From a virus (Duplodnaviria; Caudoviricetes): a stretch of 64,000 bases of DNA. Shown here piece by piece: positions 38,648 through 48,704 of the stretch. The stretch lies in the IMG/VR virus record IMGVR_UViG_2894625894_000003, positions 87,535 through 151,534 of that record. One strand, given 5' to 3'. The notes under the pieces are model-generated. The model saw only the letters and a program-made list of their open reading frames with translations. It was not told the origin of the DNA and searched no databases. How positions within the stretch are numbered: position 1 is the first letter of the stretch; the number at the start of each line of letters is the position of its first letter. Position numbers and translations under genes: made by a program.

Positions 38648-38984
38648 TCCGAGCTAAATCAATAAGGGTGGAGGGAGGTTGGGGTACCCCCAAACCCCTT
38701 TCTACCCCAACTCGGTCCATCCAACACTTTATCTATCGAAAACCTTTTCGGGATTTAGTGTTGGATGGCTCGGAGAAAGGGATGGAAGAAGGGGCCTGTG
38801 CTTCCCACCGTCATCCCTAGAATCGCACCAATGGACCAAAATGGACCAACACCTAATCCGATTTATAGCCAAGCCATGTTAAAACGTTTACAGAAAATTC
38901 CCGAGTCAACCTGGTTAATAATCGGCATGATTGCCTATGACCTGGTCATGTTCAGCGTTGTCACCCATTATTACTTCAGTTGAT

Positions 38985-39215
38985 ATGGATAAGCTCACAG
39001 CCAAACAGATTATGGCCTTACCGCGTCGGGTTACCTACCAGACAGCGACGGGTCACTGGGCAGGTTACTCGGATGGTACAATCCACAAAGGATCGTATCT
39101 CCGGGTATATCCAGCTAGATCGTACGTGAACCCATCCAATGGGGAATACCGAGTGTACAGTTTCCGGTCGGCTAAGCCGATAAACGTACCATTAACCAGA
39201 GTTTTCACCTTCTAA
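38985..39215 (+). CDS. Hypothetical early protein
   Basis: Start at ATG 38985 (MDKLTAK). Confidence 0.5.
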   Translation: MDKLTAKQIMALPRRVTYQTATGHWAGYSDGTIHKGSYLRVYPARSYVNPSNGEYRVYSFRSAKPINVPLTRVFTF

Positions 39216-39228
39216 CCAACCAAGCCCT

Positions 39229-39570
39229 ATGGCACCTCAAAACACATTCCGTACAGCTCAGACACCTCGTCCAGCTATTGTTGGTTCAGTAAACCCGTTA
39301 ACACAAGTCCGGGTTAAAGTAGCCCTTATGGTCACCGGTATATGCCTATGTCTTGGTGTATTCATCTGGGCCTTGGCTACACCGAAGCCTACCAACTTTG
39401 CCAAGGTGGAATTCCCCGATAAGACCGTGGACATTGTACGACTGGGTGATGCTCACCTGTACGAGGATGGCGAAATGATCATGCTGGATGATTATGATCA
39501 ACCAGTCAAATTCCTGAAAGCAGTTGAGTCTCAGGATTCTGAAAAGGTTAACGTCAGCTTCAGGCAATAA
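39229..39570 (+). CDS. Membrane protein
   Basis: One TM helix. Confidence 0.55.
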   Translation: MAPQNTFRTAQTPRPAIVGSVNPLTQVRVKVALMVTGICLCLGVFIWALATPKPTNFAKVEFPDKTVDIVRLGDAHLYEDGEMIMLDDYDQPVKFLKAVESQDSEKVNVSFRQ

Positions 39571-39677
39571 CCAGAACAGGAAGCCCTACTCGGGCTTTTT
39601 GTTTTGCTCGGGGCCGTCCGGTCAGGCTTCGCGTTCGGTAGTTGAAGCCCTTGGCCCTGTTAAATCTCCCTATATGC

Positions 39678-39710
39678 CTACCGAATATCCGGTAGTATGT
39701 TGTAGCTTTG
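39678..39710 (+). promoter_or_regulatory. CTACC-N8-GGTAG operator overlapping a promoter (-7 box TAGCTTTG at 39703-39710)
   Basis: Palindrome 39678-39695 covers the expected -33 position. Confidence 0.55.
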
Positions 39711-39806
39711 TAAAATCTTTATAACTGGATAAAATCCCAATAACTGGATTTACCGGTTTTAATATCCGAATACTCCTGAATTTGAAACTGTATACACTAC
39801 CCTTAA

Positions 39807-40151
39807 ATGAAACTTGTAGATAACCTAGGCCAAACCTGGGAAGTACTCCAGTTTGATAAATTGACCAAGAAAGCCATTATCCGGCACGGTCCCACCGAAT
39901 TGAATGTGATCCTGATCTATTTCAATGACAAGTACTTTATCAGCTGGACCGGGGAAGGTATTGAAACGATTGCCTGTAAACCTAAACGAGCACCTATCGT
40001 CATTCAATCGGAAACCCAGTATGAAGAGCTGCTAGTACGTACTCAGTCCCTAATTCATAAAGAAGACCGGACAGAGGTGGAAGAAACGGAACTGGATGAT
40101 TTGTCCATTGCCCTAGAAGAATATGAGAAACTACATTATCCGGTTGTATGA
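39807..40151 (+). CDS. Early protein ending in a HigA-antitoxin N-terminal-like domain (no HTH)
   Basis: IQSETQYEELL...KEDRTEVEETELDDLSIALEEYEKLHYP. Confidence 0.6.
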   Translation: MKLVDNLGQTWEVLQFDKLTKKAIIRHGPTELNVILIYFNDKYFISWTGEGIETIACKPKRAPIVIQSETQYEELLVRTQSLIHKEDRTEVEETELDDLSIALEEYEKLHYPVV

Positions 40152-40169
40152 AAATCATTAAGGTTACTG

Positions 40170-40553
40170 ATGGAAGATCTATTGCAACAGATTAATAACC
40201 TGTCCAACCAATTAACTGATTGTTATAATGAACGGTCTATCTTACAGACCAAGATTGATCAGTTACAATCGGAAAGATCCGTACTAACCAGTAAAGCCAT
40301 GGAAACCTTCTGGAACATTATTCAGGAGGGTGATCAATTTACCTGCGGCAACCAGGTATTTGAAATTAGTTCGATTTACCGAAATCGGGATCCAGCCTGC
40401 CTATACGTGTACGAGCTGGTAGATGGTAAACGAGAGAATGGCCAAACCATCTATAAATGGTGGTTGAATCCTGTTAGTGGGCTATTGATTCAAACTGGTT
40501 GGAAACATGTACCTAAACAAACCACAAATGACATTAAGGGAAATTCTGGTTGA
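40170..40553 (+). CDS. Hypothetical early protein (coiled-coil N-terminus)
   Basis: Co-oriented ORF. Confidence 0.55.
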   Translation: MEDLLQQINNLSNQLTDCYNERSILQTKIDQLQSERSVLTSKAMETFWNIIQEGDQFTCGNQVFEISSIYRNRDPACLYVYELVDGKRENGQTIYKWWLNPVSGLLIQTGWKHVPKQTTNDIKGNSG

Positions 40554-40821
40554 ACTCCGTCATATTAATGCACTGGATTACAGTGAATACCAGACAAACT
40601 ATACGATCTACACGAAAAAGACATGGAAGGGAAATTTAAGATATTCCGGCATAAAACGGATGATATATTCCTTATGGCATAACGGAATGAATGAACTTGG
40701 ACAACCACATCCCTATAAAATAGGTGGAGAAGCCATTCAGGCTTTTAACCATTTATGTAGTCGGGTTGTGGATACCCCAATGCCCAGTTTATGGATAGGA
40801 AATACCAATTATAATGGATAA
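40528..40821 (+). CDS. Hypothetical early protein
   Basis: Overlapping operon ORF. Confidence 0.5.
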   Translation: MTLREILVELRHINALDYSEYQTNYTIYTKKTWKGNLRYSGIKRMIYSLWHNGMNELGQPHPYKIGGEAIQAFNHLCSRVVDTPMPSLWIGNTNYNG

Positions 40822-41089
40822 GCGGCCATATTTCCACGAGCTGCCACAAGAAACCATAAATGATCTGATTGCCCGGAAAACTACCTGGCAACAGATCATG
40901 GATAATTACCAACAACCCACCTGGTGTGGATACCATGAAGCCTTAAATGGTTCTATGGGTTGTTGGACACTCACTGACCTCACACTTACCAGTCACCGGA
41001 CACAGCTCAGTTCCTCCTTCTGTGCCGACTGTGAAGAGTGTATCCAAAACAAAGTCAATCATGCTGAATCCAACCCAGGAATACATTGA
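40814..41089 (+). CDS. Cys-motif early protein
   Basis: WC..HEA...GCW...CADC. Confidence 0.55.
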   Translation: MDKRPYFHELPQETINDLIARKTTWQQIMDNYQQPTWCGYHEALNGSMGCWTLTDLTLTSHRTQLSSSFCADCEECIQNKVNHAESNPGIH

Positions 41090-41315
41090 TGACCTGGAAG
41101 ATGGAGATATTGTCTGGATTGTGTGGAAATCGGACCTCCGACGTTCGTACCAAATAAAAAAGGAACCCAACAACCAAACGTTTGGTGTACCAACCGAAGA
41201 ATATCGGTATACGGATCCTGATAGACGAGACCGTGAGATTGAAGCCAGTAAAATTTGGCTAAGCCCCACTAACATGATCGAGTGTACACCAATAGCAGAT
41301 ACCTGGTATGATTAA
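41061..41315 (+). CDS. Hypothetical early protein
   Basis: Start at ATG 41061. Confidence 0.5.
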   Translation: MLNPTQEYIDDLEDGDIVWIVWKSDLRRSYQIKKEPNNQTFGVPTEEYRYTDPDRRDREIEASKIWLSPTNMIECTPIADTWYD

Positions 41316-41748
41316 AAACAAGTATGAATCCTTTGTAGAAGGCATATTCTACCTGTCCGAACTGGGCGTAAACATCGACCATAAGGTATTGATGGAATTA
41401 GCCCATACCCACGACATACTTCGAGTATTCAACTTCGGTTTACGGGACAAGAAAACACAGGTATTGGACCACTGGGTTGATGCCAACCTCAGTCCCATGT
41501 CACATATTAAACGAGGGGATACGGTCAAAGCATTTGCCTGTTTCTATGCAGAAGCTATCGGTAAATATGTGCTGGTTGATAAACCGGACTGGAGTGGTTA
41601 TGTGGTAAAACAGGAAGCTAAGTCTATCTGGATCTCACCCGATATAAAACGGATACCACATACTATTTGTGATATGGATTCTCACTTCTTCTTATTCGAG
41701 AAGATACCGGATGTTGTCAACCCATTTACTATAAACGACAGTAAATAA
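41308..41748 (+). CDS. Hypothetical early protein
   Basis: Resembles 42605-42997 in its GD/KD-x-VKA-x-x-A SH3-like segment. Confidence 0.55.
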   Translation: MIKNKYESFVEGIFYLSELGVNIDHKVLMELAHTHDILRVFNFGLRDKKTQVLDHWVDANLSPMSHIKRGDTVKAFACFYAEAIGKYVLVDKPDWSGYVVKQEAKSIWISPDIKRIPHTICDMDSHFFLFEKIPDVVNPFTINDSK

Positions 41749-42340
41749 TTATGGATACTCATTTTAATGTATCTACCAAATGAAACAGAAAACCATACCA
41801 GAGCCAGCACTGGAGCTTCGTAGTAAAGACCCAGGCCAGTTCGGGCAATTGTATGGTCAGATTGGATCCTTACCAGTGAACTGTCCCACAAGCAGCACAG
41901 GTCTTATTGGACAATGAGCCAGTAGTGAACGCGTGGTACTTATTAGCCAGATCAGGCTGGACTATCTTTAGGCCATCATCCATTGATATTACAACTCCAT
42001 TCATAATTGTCTGACCGATGGGGTTGTGGTTTGGGTCTTTAGACACCAAGTTCCTTCGGTTTTGATCATCATACTCGACAATTGCATTTTTGTAACCATC
42101 CTCAACTTGATGCACGTAACTGGAGGCTAATCGATCAGTAAATACAGATACTGGAGTGGGACTGTTGACTTGGTTTGGAAGCTGAGTGTGTTTCTTATAC
42201 TTTCTCCGTTGGTTTTTGTGGCCTAACGGGTTGTTAGATGGCATTGTGATACTTCCACTCGGATCACATGGTTGGCAATAATAAGTGTATTGGGTTAACA
42301 TATTTAAGTTGTTTTACAAGTATACATATACACAACACAA

Positions 42341-42553
42341 ATGAACATATATTCGTTCTTAAAATCGGGTACCATACGGGCCAGACTATTTCGGTTAAGA
42401 ACCTGGTGGAGAGCCAATTATCTTAACTATCGGTTGTGGCGGGTAACCTACCCAGACGGTAACAGAACCACGCTATTACATTACCGGGAAGCCGAAGGAT
42501 GTCAGGGTGTATTTGGTGGGAAAATCTGGATTGATTATACTGCCGATTACTGA
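42341..42553 (+). CDS. Hypothetical early protein
   Basis: Co-oriented ORF. Confidence 0.5.
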   Translation: MNIYSFLKSGTIRARLFRLRTWWRANYLNYRLWRVTYPDGNRTTLLHYREAEGCQGVFGGKIWIDYTADY

Positions 42554-42604
42554 GCAGATTCAATAAATTTGCCAGCTTCAACCCCTAATTAAATAAGCTA
42601 TACC

Positions 42605-42997
42605 ATGGATGCAACGCATGCCTTTGTCCAGGATCTTCAGCAACTAGTCAGTACTAATCCGAATATATCCGTAACGGATGTTAATCGGCTGGCTGCTGTA
42701 CACAGCCTATCCGATCCCCTAGGACTCAGTGATTTATCGGCCCCGTTGGCATCCAAAATCGAGGATTTTCAGCTGTTGACAGTCAATGACTTAAAGGAAA
42801 AGGATAAAGTAAAGGCTTACATTGCTGATTATAATAAACTCCTGAAAAAGTGGTTGTTGCGTCGACATCGAGATGGTGACGGTAAGGTAATCGAAAAAGG
42901 AAACGGCCACGTAGTGATTCGGGTAGGTGAAAGCCCAGCGAGGTTTTACAACTATGAACCAGACAGTACATTGGTGGCCCTGTTCCAAAAAGGTTAA
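42605..42997 (+). CDS. Hypothetical early protein
   Basis: Co-oriented ORF converging on umuC. Confidence 0.55.
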   Translation: MDATHAFVQDLQQLVSTNPNISVTDVNRLAAVHSLSDPLGLSDLSAPLASKIEDFQLLTVNDLKEKDKVKAYIADYNKLLKKWLLRRHRDGDGKVIEKGNGHVVIRVGESPARFYNYEPDSTLVALFQKG

Positions 42998-44250
42998 GTA
43001 GCCCGTATTACATCCTCTATCCGGGTGGTATATCGCTTGGTGAGTAACTGCCGTTTAGGTTTCCAGTTCTGTTTGAATCCCTGAATGGCAAGTCTGACCT
43101 TATCCCGCCCATATTTACCATTGAGTTGATCCATCACATTACTAAGCTGTTTCATTCGCGGATCCGGTTGTTCGGTATACAGGGCCATCTGGTGGAAATC
43201 ATCCGGGACAAACCCGGACAATAGTACACCCACCTTTTTAAAATGGTAGCCGTCCTGATAGATAGACTGTAACACCGAATCGGCATACTGAATCAGCTCG
43301 GAGGTAGCACTACTGGCATGGGGTAAAGAGACTGTCCTGGTCTGGAAATACTGAGGTACTTTTGGATTGAACCGGTTGGTATGTAGAAACACGGTAATCA
43401 AATTGGCGGCTGAGTACTGCCTACGTAGTTTCTCGGCACAGCGGGCTACATGAGTTGCCAGGGCCTCCTGGATCGTTGGTAGATCGGGAATAGCTTCCCC
43501 AAAACTGGGCGCCGAGCCAATTGACTTCTTGGGAGATGGTGAGAGATCCAGATCCCGACGGAAATTACCCCGGAGTTCATCGACCAGCCTCAACCCATCG
43601 ATGGTCATGTGTTTCTGGATCCATACATCATGGACCTGAGTCAGTTCTAGTGCCGTCTTGATGTTGTTCCGTTTGAGAAGCTGGTTAAACTGGTAACCAA
43701 TGCCCCAGACATCCTCACAAGGAAAATCAGCTAAGGCAGCCTGAATCTGTGCCAGCTCGGACAGGTACAAAACACCATCCATACTGGGTGTCTGCTTGGC
43801 AATCCGATTGGCTACTTTAGCCAATGTTTTATTGGGACCCACACCGATCGATATAGGAATACCAGTCCAGGCCTTCAGTGTTCGTTGAAGGGAATGACAC
43901 CGGGATACAACGTCATCAAAACCAGTTAAATCCAGGAAAGCCTCATCGATGGAATAAACCTCCATAACCGGAACAAACCGATTCAATAACCGCATAATCC
44001 GGGCCGACATGTCCCCATACAACTCATAATTACTGCTCAAAACGTGCACCCCTTTGGACTTAACCAGCTCTTTATAGTGATGGATGGGCTCCCCCATTTT
44101 GATCTTCAGAGCCTTACTTTCATTCGAGCGGGCCACGATACAGCCATCGTTATTGGAGAGCACAACCACGGGTTTCCCTTCCAAAGCCGGGTTAAATACC
44201 CGTTCACAGCTTGCGTAGAAATTGTTACAGTCAGCGATTCCAATCACCAT
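42994..44250 (-). CDS. umuC: Y-family DNA polymerase V subunit UmuC
   Basis: DCNNFYASCE, VVVLSNNDGC, YSIDEAF, KTLAKVAN, VWGIG, C-terminal DUF4113-like tail; start at ATG 44250. Confidence 0.95.
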   Translation of the reverse strand: MVIGIADCNNFYASCERVFNPALEGKPVVVLSNNDGCIVARSNESKALKIKMGEPIHHYKELVKSKGVHVLSSNYELYGDMSARIMRLLNRFVPVMEVYSIDEAFLDLTGFDDVVSRCHSLQRTLKAWTGIPISIGVGPNKTLAKVANRIAKQTPSMDGVLYLSELAQIQAALADFPCEDVWGIGYQFNQLLKRNNIKTALELTQVHDVWIQKHMTIDGLRLVDELRGNFRRDLDLSPSPKKSIGSAPSFGEAIPDLPTIQEALATHVARCAEKLRRQYSAANLITVFLHTNRFNPKVPQYFQTRTVSLPHASSATSELIQYADSVLQSIYQDGYHFKKVGVLLSGFVPDDFHQMALYTEQPDPRMKQLSNVMDQLNGKYGRDKVRLAIQGFKQNWKPKRQLLTKRYTTRIEDVIRAT

Positions 44251-44722
44251 ATATCGGGTATTTTGGAGGTTCGAAGAAGAAAAATGTAACCTTGCCAAAC
44301 AGCCAGTAATCCTCTCCCTCATGGACAATGATGGGTGCGTAATTGGGATTAGCCGGATGGAGAATCAGTAAGGATTCACTTACAATTTGTACCCGTTTAA
44401 CAGTAAAACCACCATTAACCCAGGCAACAATCATATCCCCATTTTCCGGTATGAGCCCTTTATCCACAATCAACCATCCACCCGGAACGATGTGTTCCTC
44501 AATCATGGAGTCGGACTCTACGTAAACAAAATAGGTTAAGTCCTTGTCCCTAATAACAAGCTCATTAAGGTCAATTACCTGTTCGATGTAAGAATCGGCC
44601 GGATTGGGGAAGCCAGCTGCCACATGCCCCATGAATAAGGGAATGGCAATCCTGGTGTCCGTATTCACCCGGTAGAATGAAGTGACTGGTATACAGTCCT
44701 TTATTGGTATTGAATGCCGCAT
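44231..44722 (-). CDS. umuD: UmuD-like S24 peptidase
   Basis: VAAGFPNPA autocleavage site, DSM (Ser), TVKR (Lys). Confidence 0.92.
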   Translation of the reverse strand: MRHSIPIKDCIPVTSFYRVNTDTRIAIPLFMGHVAAGFPNPADSYIEQVIDLNELVIRDKDLTYFVYVESDSMIEEHIVPGGWLIVDKGLIPENGDMIVAWVNGGFTVKRVQIVSESLLILHPANPNYAPIIVHEGEDYWLFGKVTFFFFEPPKYPIYGDWNR

Positions 44723-44779
44723 CTCGGTTTCTTTTTGGGCTTAACATACGAAATATATGTCAACTACAATACAAACAAA

Positions 44780-44813
44780 CCAAAAATATGTTTTAGTTTA
44801 AATATATTTTTGG
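44780..44813. promoter_or_regulatory. Inverted repeat upstream of umuD
   Basis: CCAAAAATAT-N14-ATATTTTTGG. Confidence 0.5.
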
Positions 44814-44832
44814 CCCCAAACCGATTTTTAGT

Positions 44833-45186
44833 ATGTTTCTACCCCTCAAAGGTGACCTTAAAACGTTTAGCTGCTGGGCCGTTTTGTTCTACGGTCCCGC
44901 TGGAAATGAAATCATTCTGTTACGGGATAAGCCAGACACAAGTAATAATATGTTCTTCTTTGTTCAGGAGAATAACTGTCTGGGCCGGCTGTCCATCCGG
45001 GGATTCAATGCCCTCTTTAAAGCTAATTTACCAACCGCTCCAGAATTAGTGAAGGACTCTACTTGGAAGATCGACATACTGTTCGGCCGAAACCGGAGTA
45101 CACTTACCCAACCGGTTCAAATCGAGCTGGAATGGTTCTTTGATGAAGATGGTAACCTAGTTAACTTCTTACCCGATATAGGATGA
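44833..45186 (+). CDS. Hypothetical protein
   Basis: ATGA-coupled to next gene. Confidence 0.55.
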   Translation: MFLPLKGDLKTFSCWAVLFYGPAGNEIILLRDKPDTSNNMFFFVQENNCLGRLSIRGFNALFKANLPTAPELVKDSTWKIDILFGRNRSTLTQPVQIELEWFFDEDGNLVNFLPDIG

Positions 45187-45503
45187 ACCAATCACTACAA
45201 CCTAACCCATTTGCTAACGGTATACCCGAGCTGGTAGAAGAGCCAGTTACGCTAATTGATCCAGCTGGGTTCGAAGTAGGAGTCATTCAGAATAACCTCC
45301 AGTTTGCTTTTGTCCGGGCTGAGATCCGGTCCTATGGATTAAAAGGGTACTCCGTTGTATTTCGTGGAGACTCCTACCCTATTGAACAGAATGGACGTGG
45401 TCTGTTTCCTAACGAGATGTTCGGTCTTTGGGGATGCCTACTCGATACATTAATCAAACCAGCCGGACCTATGCCGGATTTAACACCTTACCTTAAACGA
45501 TGA
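45183..45503 (+). CDS. Hypothetical protein
   Basis: ATGA-coupled both sides. Confidence 0.55.
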   Translation: MNQSLQPNPFANGIPELVEEPVTLIDPAGFEVGVIQNNLQFAFVRAEIRSYGLKGYSVVFRGDSYPIEQNGRGLFPNEMFGLWGCLLDTLIKPAGPMPDLTPYLKR

Positions 45504-45922
45504 GCACTTTCAGTATACCACACCAACCAGACATATACCTGGATGGTATAAAACTGGATAACACCAAAGAATTCGAAATGATATTCATCAAACCGGAATA
45601 CCCCTTTGGTGTAAATGCTGTTATCCACTATTCTGACCGGTTAAAAACCTTTCGGAATGGAGTCATAGATACCCTGCACAATTTGAGTGAGCTGCATTTC
45701 TGGTACAATTTCAGACCCGACCAGATAGAACGAATAGAAAATCAACAGATTACATACGGACCAGAAACTGCATTTGAATCAAATTTCCATTCTACAGGAA
45801 CTATTATGTACAATGGCTACATCTCGAAGATCGAGATGACATCAGCCAGTGGTTATTACTCGGGCAAGTGTATGGTTCGTACAGTCATAAATCAAGGATA
45901 CCATGGAGTTTCTGCTGGTTGA
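45500..45922 (+). CDS. Hypothetical protein
   Basis: Operon ORF. Confidence 0.55.
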   Translation: MSTFSIPHQPDIYLDGIKLDNTKEFEMIFIKPEYPFGVNAVIHYSDRLKTFRNGVIDTLHNLSELHFWYNFRPDQIERIENQQITYGPETAFESNFHSTGTIMYNGYISKIEMTSASGYYSGKCMVRTVINQGYHGVSAG

Positions 45923-46062
45923 AAATCGATTTATACCAGGAATCAACCGACGAGTGGTGATCCAAGTTGGGAACCAGGTACGAACCCGACACCACTGGTT
46001 CCGTCTGGAGCATTTTCTGGAAGTAAACAAAATCATTCACCAAAGACCATTGGACCACTCTT

Positions 46063-46266
46063 ATGACAACCGCACAACGTTATAAATTCTGGGGCAACGT
46101 GTTCCAGATTGGATTCCGCCTTGCCAAGCGAAACAAGTCCTTCCGGTGTATTTACGAACGAGATTCGGAAGAATACCGATGGTTTCGTGCGGGATACATT
46201 AGTTGTATCTGGATTCGAAGGCCCCTGACCAGTAGGTATATGGAGCAGTTACTACCGCTCATTTGA
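46063..46266 (+). CDS. Small basic hypothetical protein
   Basis: Precedes terminator. Confidence 0.45.
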   Translation: MTTAQRYKFWGNVFQIGFRLAKRNKSFRCIYERDSEEYRWFRAGYISCIWIRRPLTSRYMEQLLPLI

Positions 46267-46286
46267 TTCAACATACTTAAAAAGAC

Positions 46287-46322
46287 AAACCCCCGCCCGG
46301 AGCATCCAGGTGGGGGTTTTTT
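46287..46322 (+). terminator. Rho-independent terminator
   Basis: AAACCCCCGCC...GGTGGGGGTTTTTT. Confidence 0.75.
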
Positions 46323-46740
46323 ATTGCCATTTCGGAAGGTCCGGAATGGAGTTCACCACAATAACGCACTGTTAGCATGAAACTCGTCACCGTTCCATGG
46401 GCTCGTATGGGAATAACCTATTACGGCTTGTCCATTTTGAGCTGTTTTAAGGTCTTTTGGCCACTTAACCAGTTTCACCTGATTTCTTCCTGTTCAGTCA
46501 TCCTGGTAGGTGGCTACTGGCTGGTTTTTCTATACCGGCGAATCCGAATAAAACCAGCCTTTAAGTAAGGGGAGGACCGGGTATGTAACAATTATATACC
46601 TGATAAGACCCTGAAAAAACCTGTAGACCCGGCCCCCTTTTCCCGTCTCGACAGTAAAGTAACGGTTTTTTAGTGGATATAGGCTACTGGTAATACAAAA
46701 AATCCCCCTAAACTGATTAAACGGGCTTATTTCCAAATCC

Positions 46741-46758
46741 CTACCGTGTTTGTGGTAG
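46741..46758. promoter_or_regulatory. Candidate operator CTACC-N8-GGTAG
   Basis: CTACCGTGTTTGTGGTAG in a long non-coding gap. Confidence 0.5.
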
Positions 46759-47067
46759 TAAGCCGGTTTTTAGACGATGGGTAATCATTGAGGTCACCGC
46801 TATCCTACCTGTAAACGGACAGCAAACCCATAAAACCATTTCTGCCTTATGTGTACGATCAATGGAGTTATCGTGGTCCTAAGCACCGGAGAAGATGAAT
46901 ACCAAACCGATTGGACAACTATCAAATAACCTGTCTTTATCGACTTTTAAACTGGATTATCCAGTTTTAAGGTAATTTTTATGATTTTCCGGTTTGTTTA
47001 TTGTTTTTAATCAAATTTTTAACTTGTTTCGGGTGTTCAAAACCAAACCGCTATAATCTAAAGTCAA

Positions 47068-47733
47068 ATGAACACCACCGAGACGTTCAACCCATTAAAT
47101 CCAATGTCTTTTTCAAACATTATCGCAAAGGCTTCTCAGACAGTTAAGAAGTATATCAAAGTTCGGTGGATCTCGGCCACCACGGTTTGGGTTCACAACC
47201 GCCGTATTGATTTAACCCGGTTAACCTACTGTCCAAACTGGACAACTCGGGATTCAGCCGGTGAAGCCTTCAACTTCGTGGCTGGGCTGCGGGAAGAACA
47301 GGCTGAAAAGGTTACCGTACTGGATTCCCGGATCAATGAGATCGACAACCAGATTGCCACACTCACCCTACTCCGGGAAGAGTCAGCCCGCCAACGGGTT
47401 CAGGCTAAAGCCAAGGAGGATACGTTGATCAACGTACTGGATAAGATCAAGGTGGTTATGGAAGAAGTTGAGCCAAAGACCTGGGTGGGCAATTCGGTGA
47501 CCAATGAATACGTTGAGGTCCCCAATATCGACCTGGAGGATTATCTGGCGGATAATTCCAGCTTGTCAGTAGTGGACACAGTACTATTCCGAAATGTTAA
47601 TAACGGGAAGACTAAATCATTCCCAGCGGCCCTAAAGGACCGGTTTGTGATAGAAAATCTGGATTGGCAGCTGGTCAAAACCATGGTGGTAGAAATGCCG
47701 AACCTGCCAATGAAGGCCGTACTGGCCGCCTAA
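47068..47733 (+). CDS. Coiled-coil early protein
   Basis: 221 aa, own terminator. Confidence 0.6.
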   Translation: MNTTETFNPLNPMSFSNIIAKASQTVKKYIKVRWISATTVWVHNRRIDLTRLTYCPNWTTRDSAGEAFNFVAGLREEQAEKVTVLDSRINEIDNQIATLTLLREESARQRVQAKAKEDTLINVLDKIKVVMEEVEPKTWVGNSVTNEYVEVPNIDLEDYLADNSSLSVVDTVLFRNVNNGKTKSFPAALKDRFVIENLDWQLVKTMVVEMPNLPMKAVLAA

Positions 47734-47786
47734 AATCTCACGGGCATGTTACGCCCAAGAGGGTTATTTAGAGGAACTTAAGGAGG

Positions 47787-47822
47787 AAACCCGTACTGGC
47801 CATGATCTGGTACGGGTTTTTT
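47787..47822 (+). terminator. Rho-independent terminator
   Basis: AAACCCGTAC...GTACGGGTTTTTT. Confidence 0.75.
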
Positions 47823-47853
47823 GTAAACTATCCATATTGAAACGGCTATAGTC

Positions 47854-48369
47854 ATGGAAACAACTGAACCAAATAAGGCCTATTTATTTTTAGATTTCGA
47901 CGGCGTCTTGAATCACGAATTGTTCCATAATGAGTGGTACGAGAAACTAGCAAATTGGCCAATTGATCAACCAAAGCCGGTAAAACCAGAGTTCTGTCCC
48001 AGGGCTATTCAGAGTCTCAACGACTTATGTGAACAGTTCACACACTTATCTATTGTGATTAGTTCGGTTTGGCGGGCTCATGGGGCGGATAGATGTTTAG
48101 AAATTCTGACATCCTCAGGATTCAGTTACCCCGAACGGGTAATTGACCGTACACCCCTCAGCCGGCACCGAGTGCGAGGTGTTGAAGTGTTGGATTGGCT
48201 CAAGCAAAACACCGAATACGGAACCAAACCAGTGGACTACGTTATCCTGGATGATGATTCAGATTTCCTGATCTGGCAGTCCCATCGGTTTATTCATGTG
48301 GACCCCTATTCGGGTCTCAATCACAACCATGTATACAAAATAGGTCGAATACTAAACCGGTTGATTTAA
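47854..48369 (+). CDS. HAD-superfamily phosphatase (Swiss-Army-knife RNA-repair type)
   Basis: FLDFDGVLN, ISSVWR, RG.EV..WL, YVILDD. Confidence 0.85.
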   Translation: METTEPNKAYLFLDFDGVLNHELFHNEWYEKLANWPIDQPKPVKPEFCPRAIQSLNDLCEQFTHLSIVISSVWRAHGADRCLEILTSSGFSYPERVIDRTPLSRHRVRGVEVLDWLKQNTEYGTKPVDYVILDDDSDFLIWQSHRFIHVDPYSGLNHNHVYKIGRILNRLI

Positions 48370-48704
48370 TGGAAAATCAAGTAAAGTTGAACTTTCCAGT
48401 TCTCACTCAGGACCTTCTGAATAGGATCCTGGCCGATAATGGGATGAACTCGGTTGTTGAGGATCATTTCCGGGAAGTTGTTCGGGATGAATCAGGCAAA
48501 CAGATTTTGACTGGTCCTAAAGTGGATCAGGTTGAAGCCTGTTTAACTCAATTCTTCAACGAATGCCCGGACCTAAATACAAACGATGTACTGGAGGACA
48601 TATCCACCGGGGAGGAATCGGAAATAGATGAGGCATACGGTCATATCAAGGCCTACAAACCTCTCAAAGAGGCCCTTGTTGCCTGGTTTGACGAACTAAT
48701 ATGA
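48369..48704 (+). CDS. Acidic hypothetical protein
   Basis: TAATG-coupled. Confidence 0.55.
   Translation: MENQVKLNFPVLTQDLLNRILADNGMNSVVEDHFREVVRDESGKQILTGPKVDQVEACLTQFFNECPDLNTNDVLEDISTGEESEIDEAYGHIKAYKPLKEALVAWFDELI

Noticed and set aside
41870-42301. Minus-strand 143-aa ORF among early genes
   Set aside because: Occupies a gap and could be real, but has no recognisable motif or clear start, so it is not called
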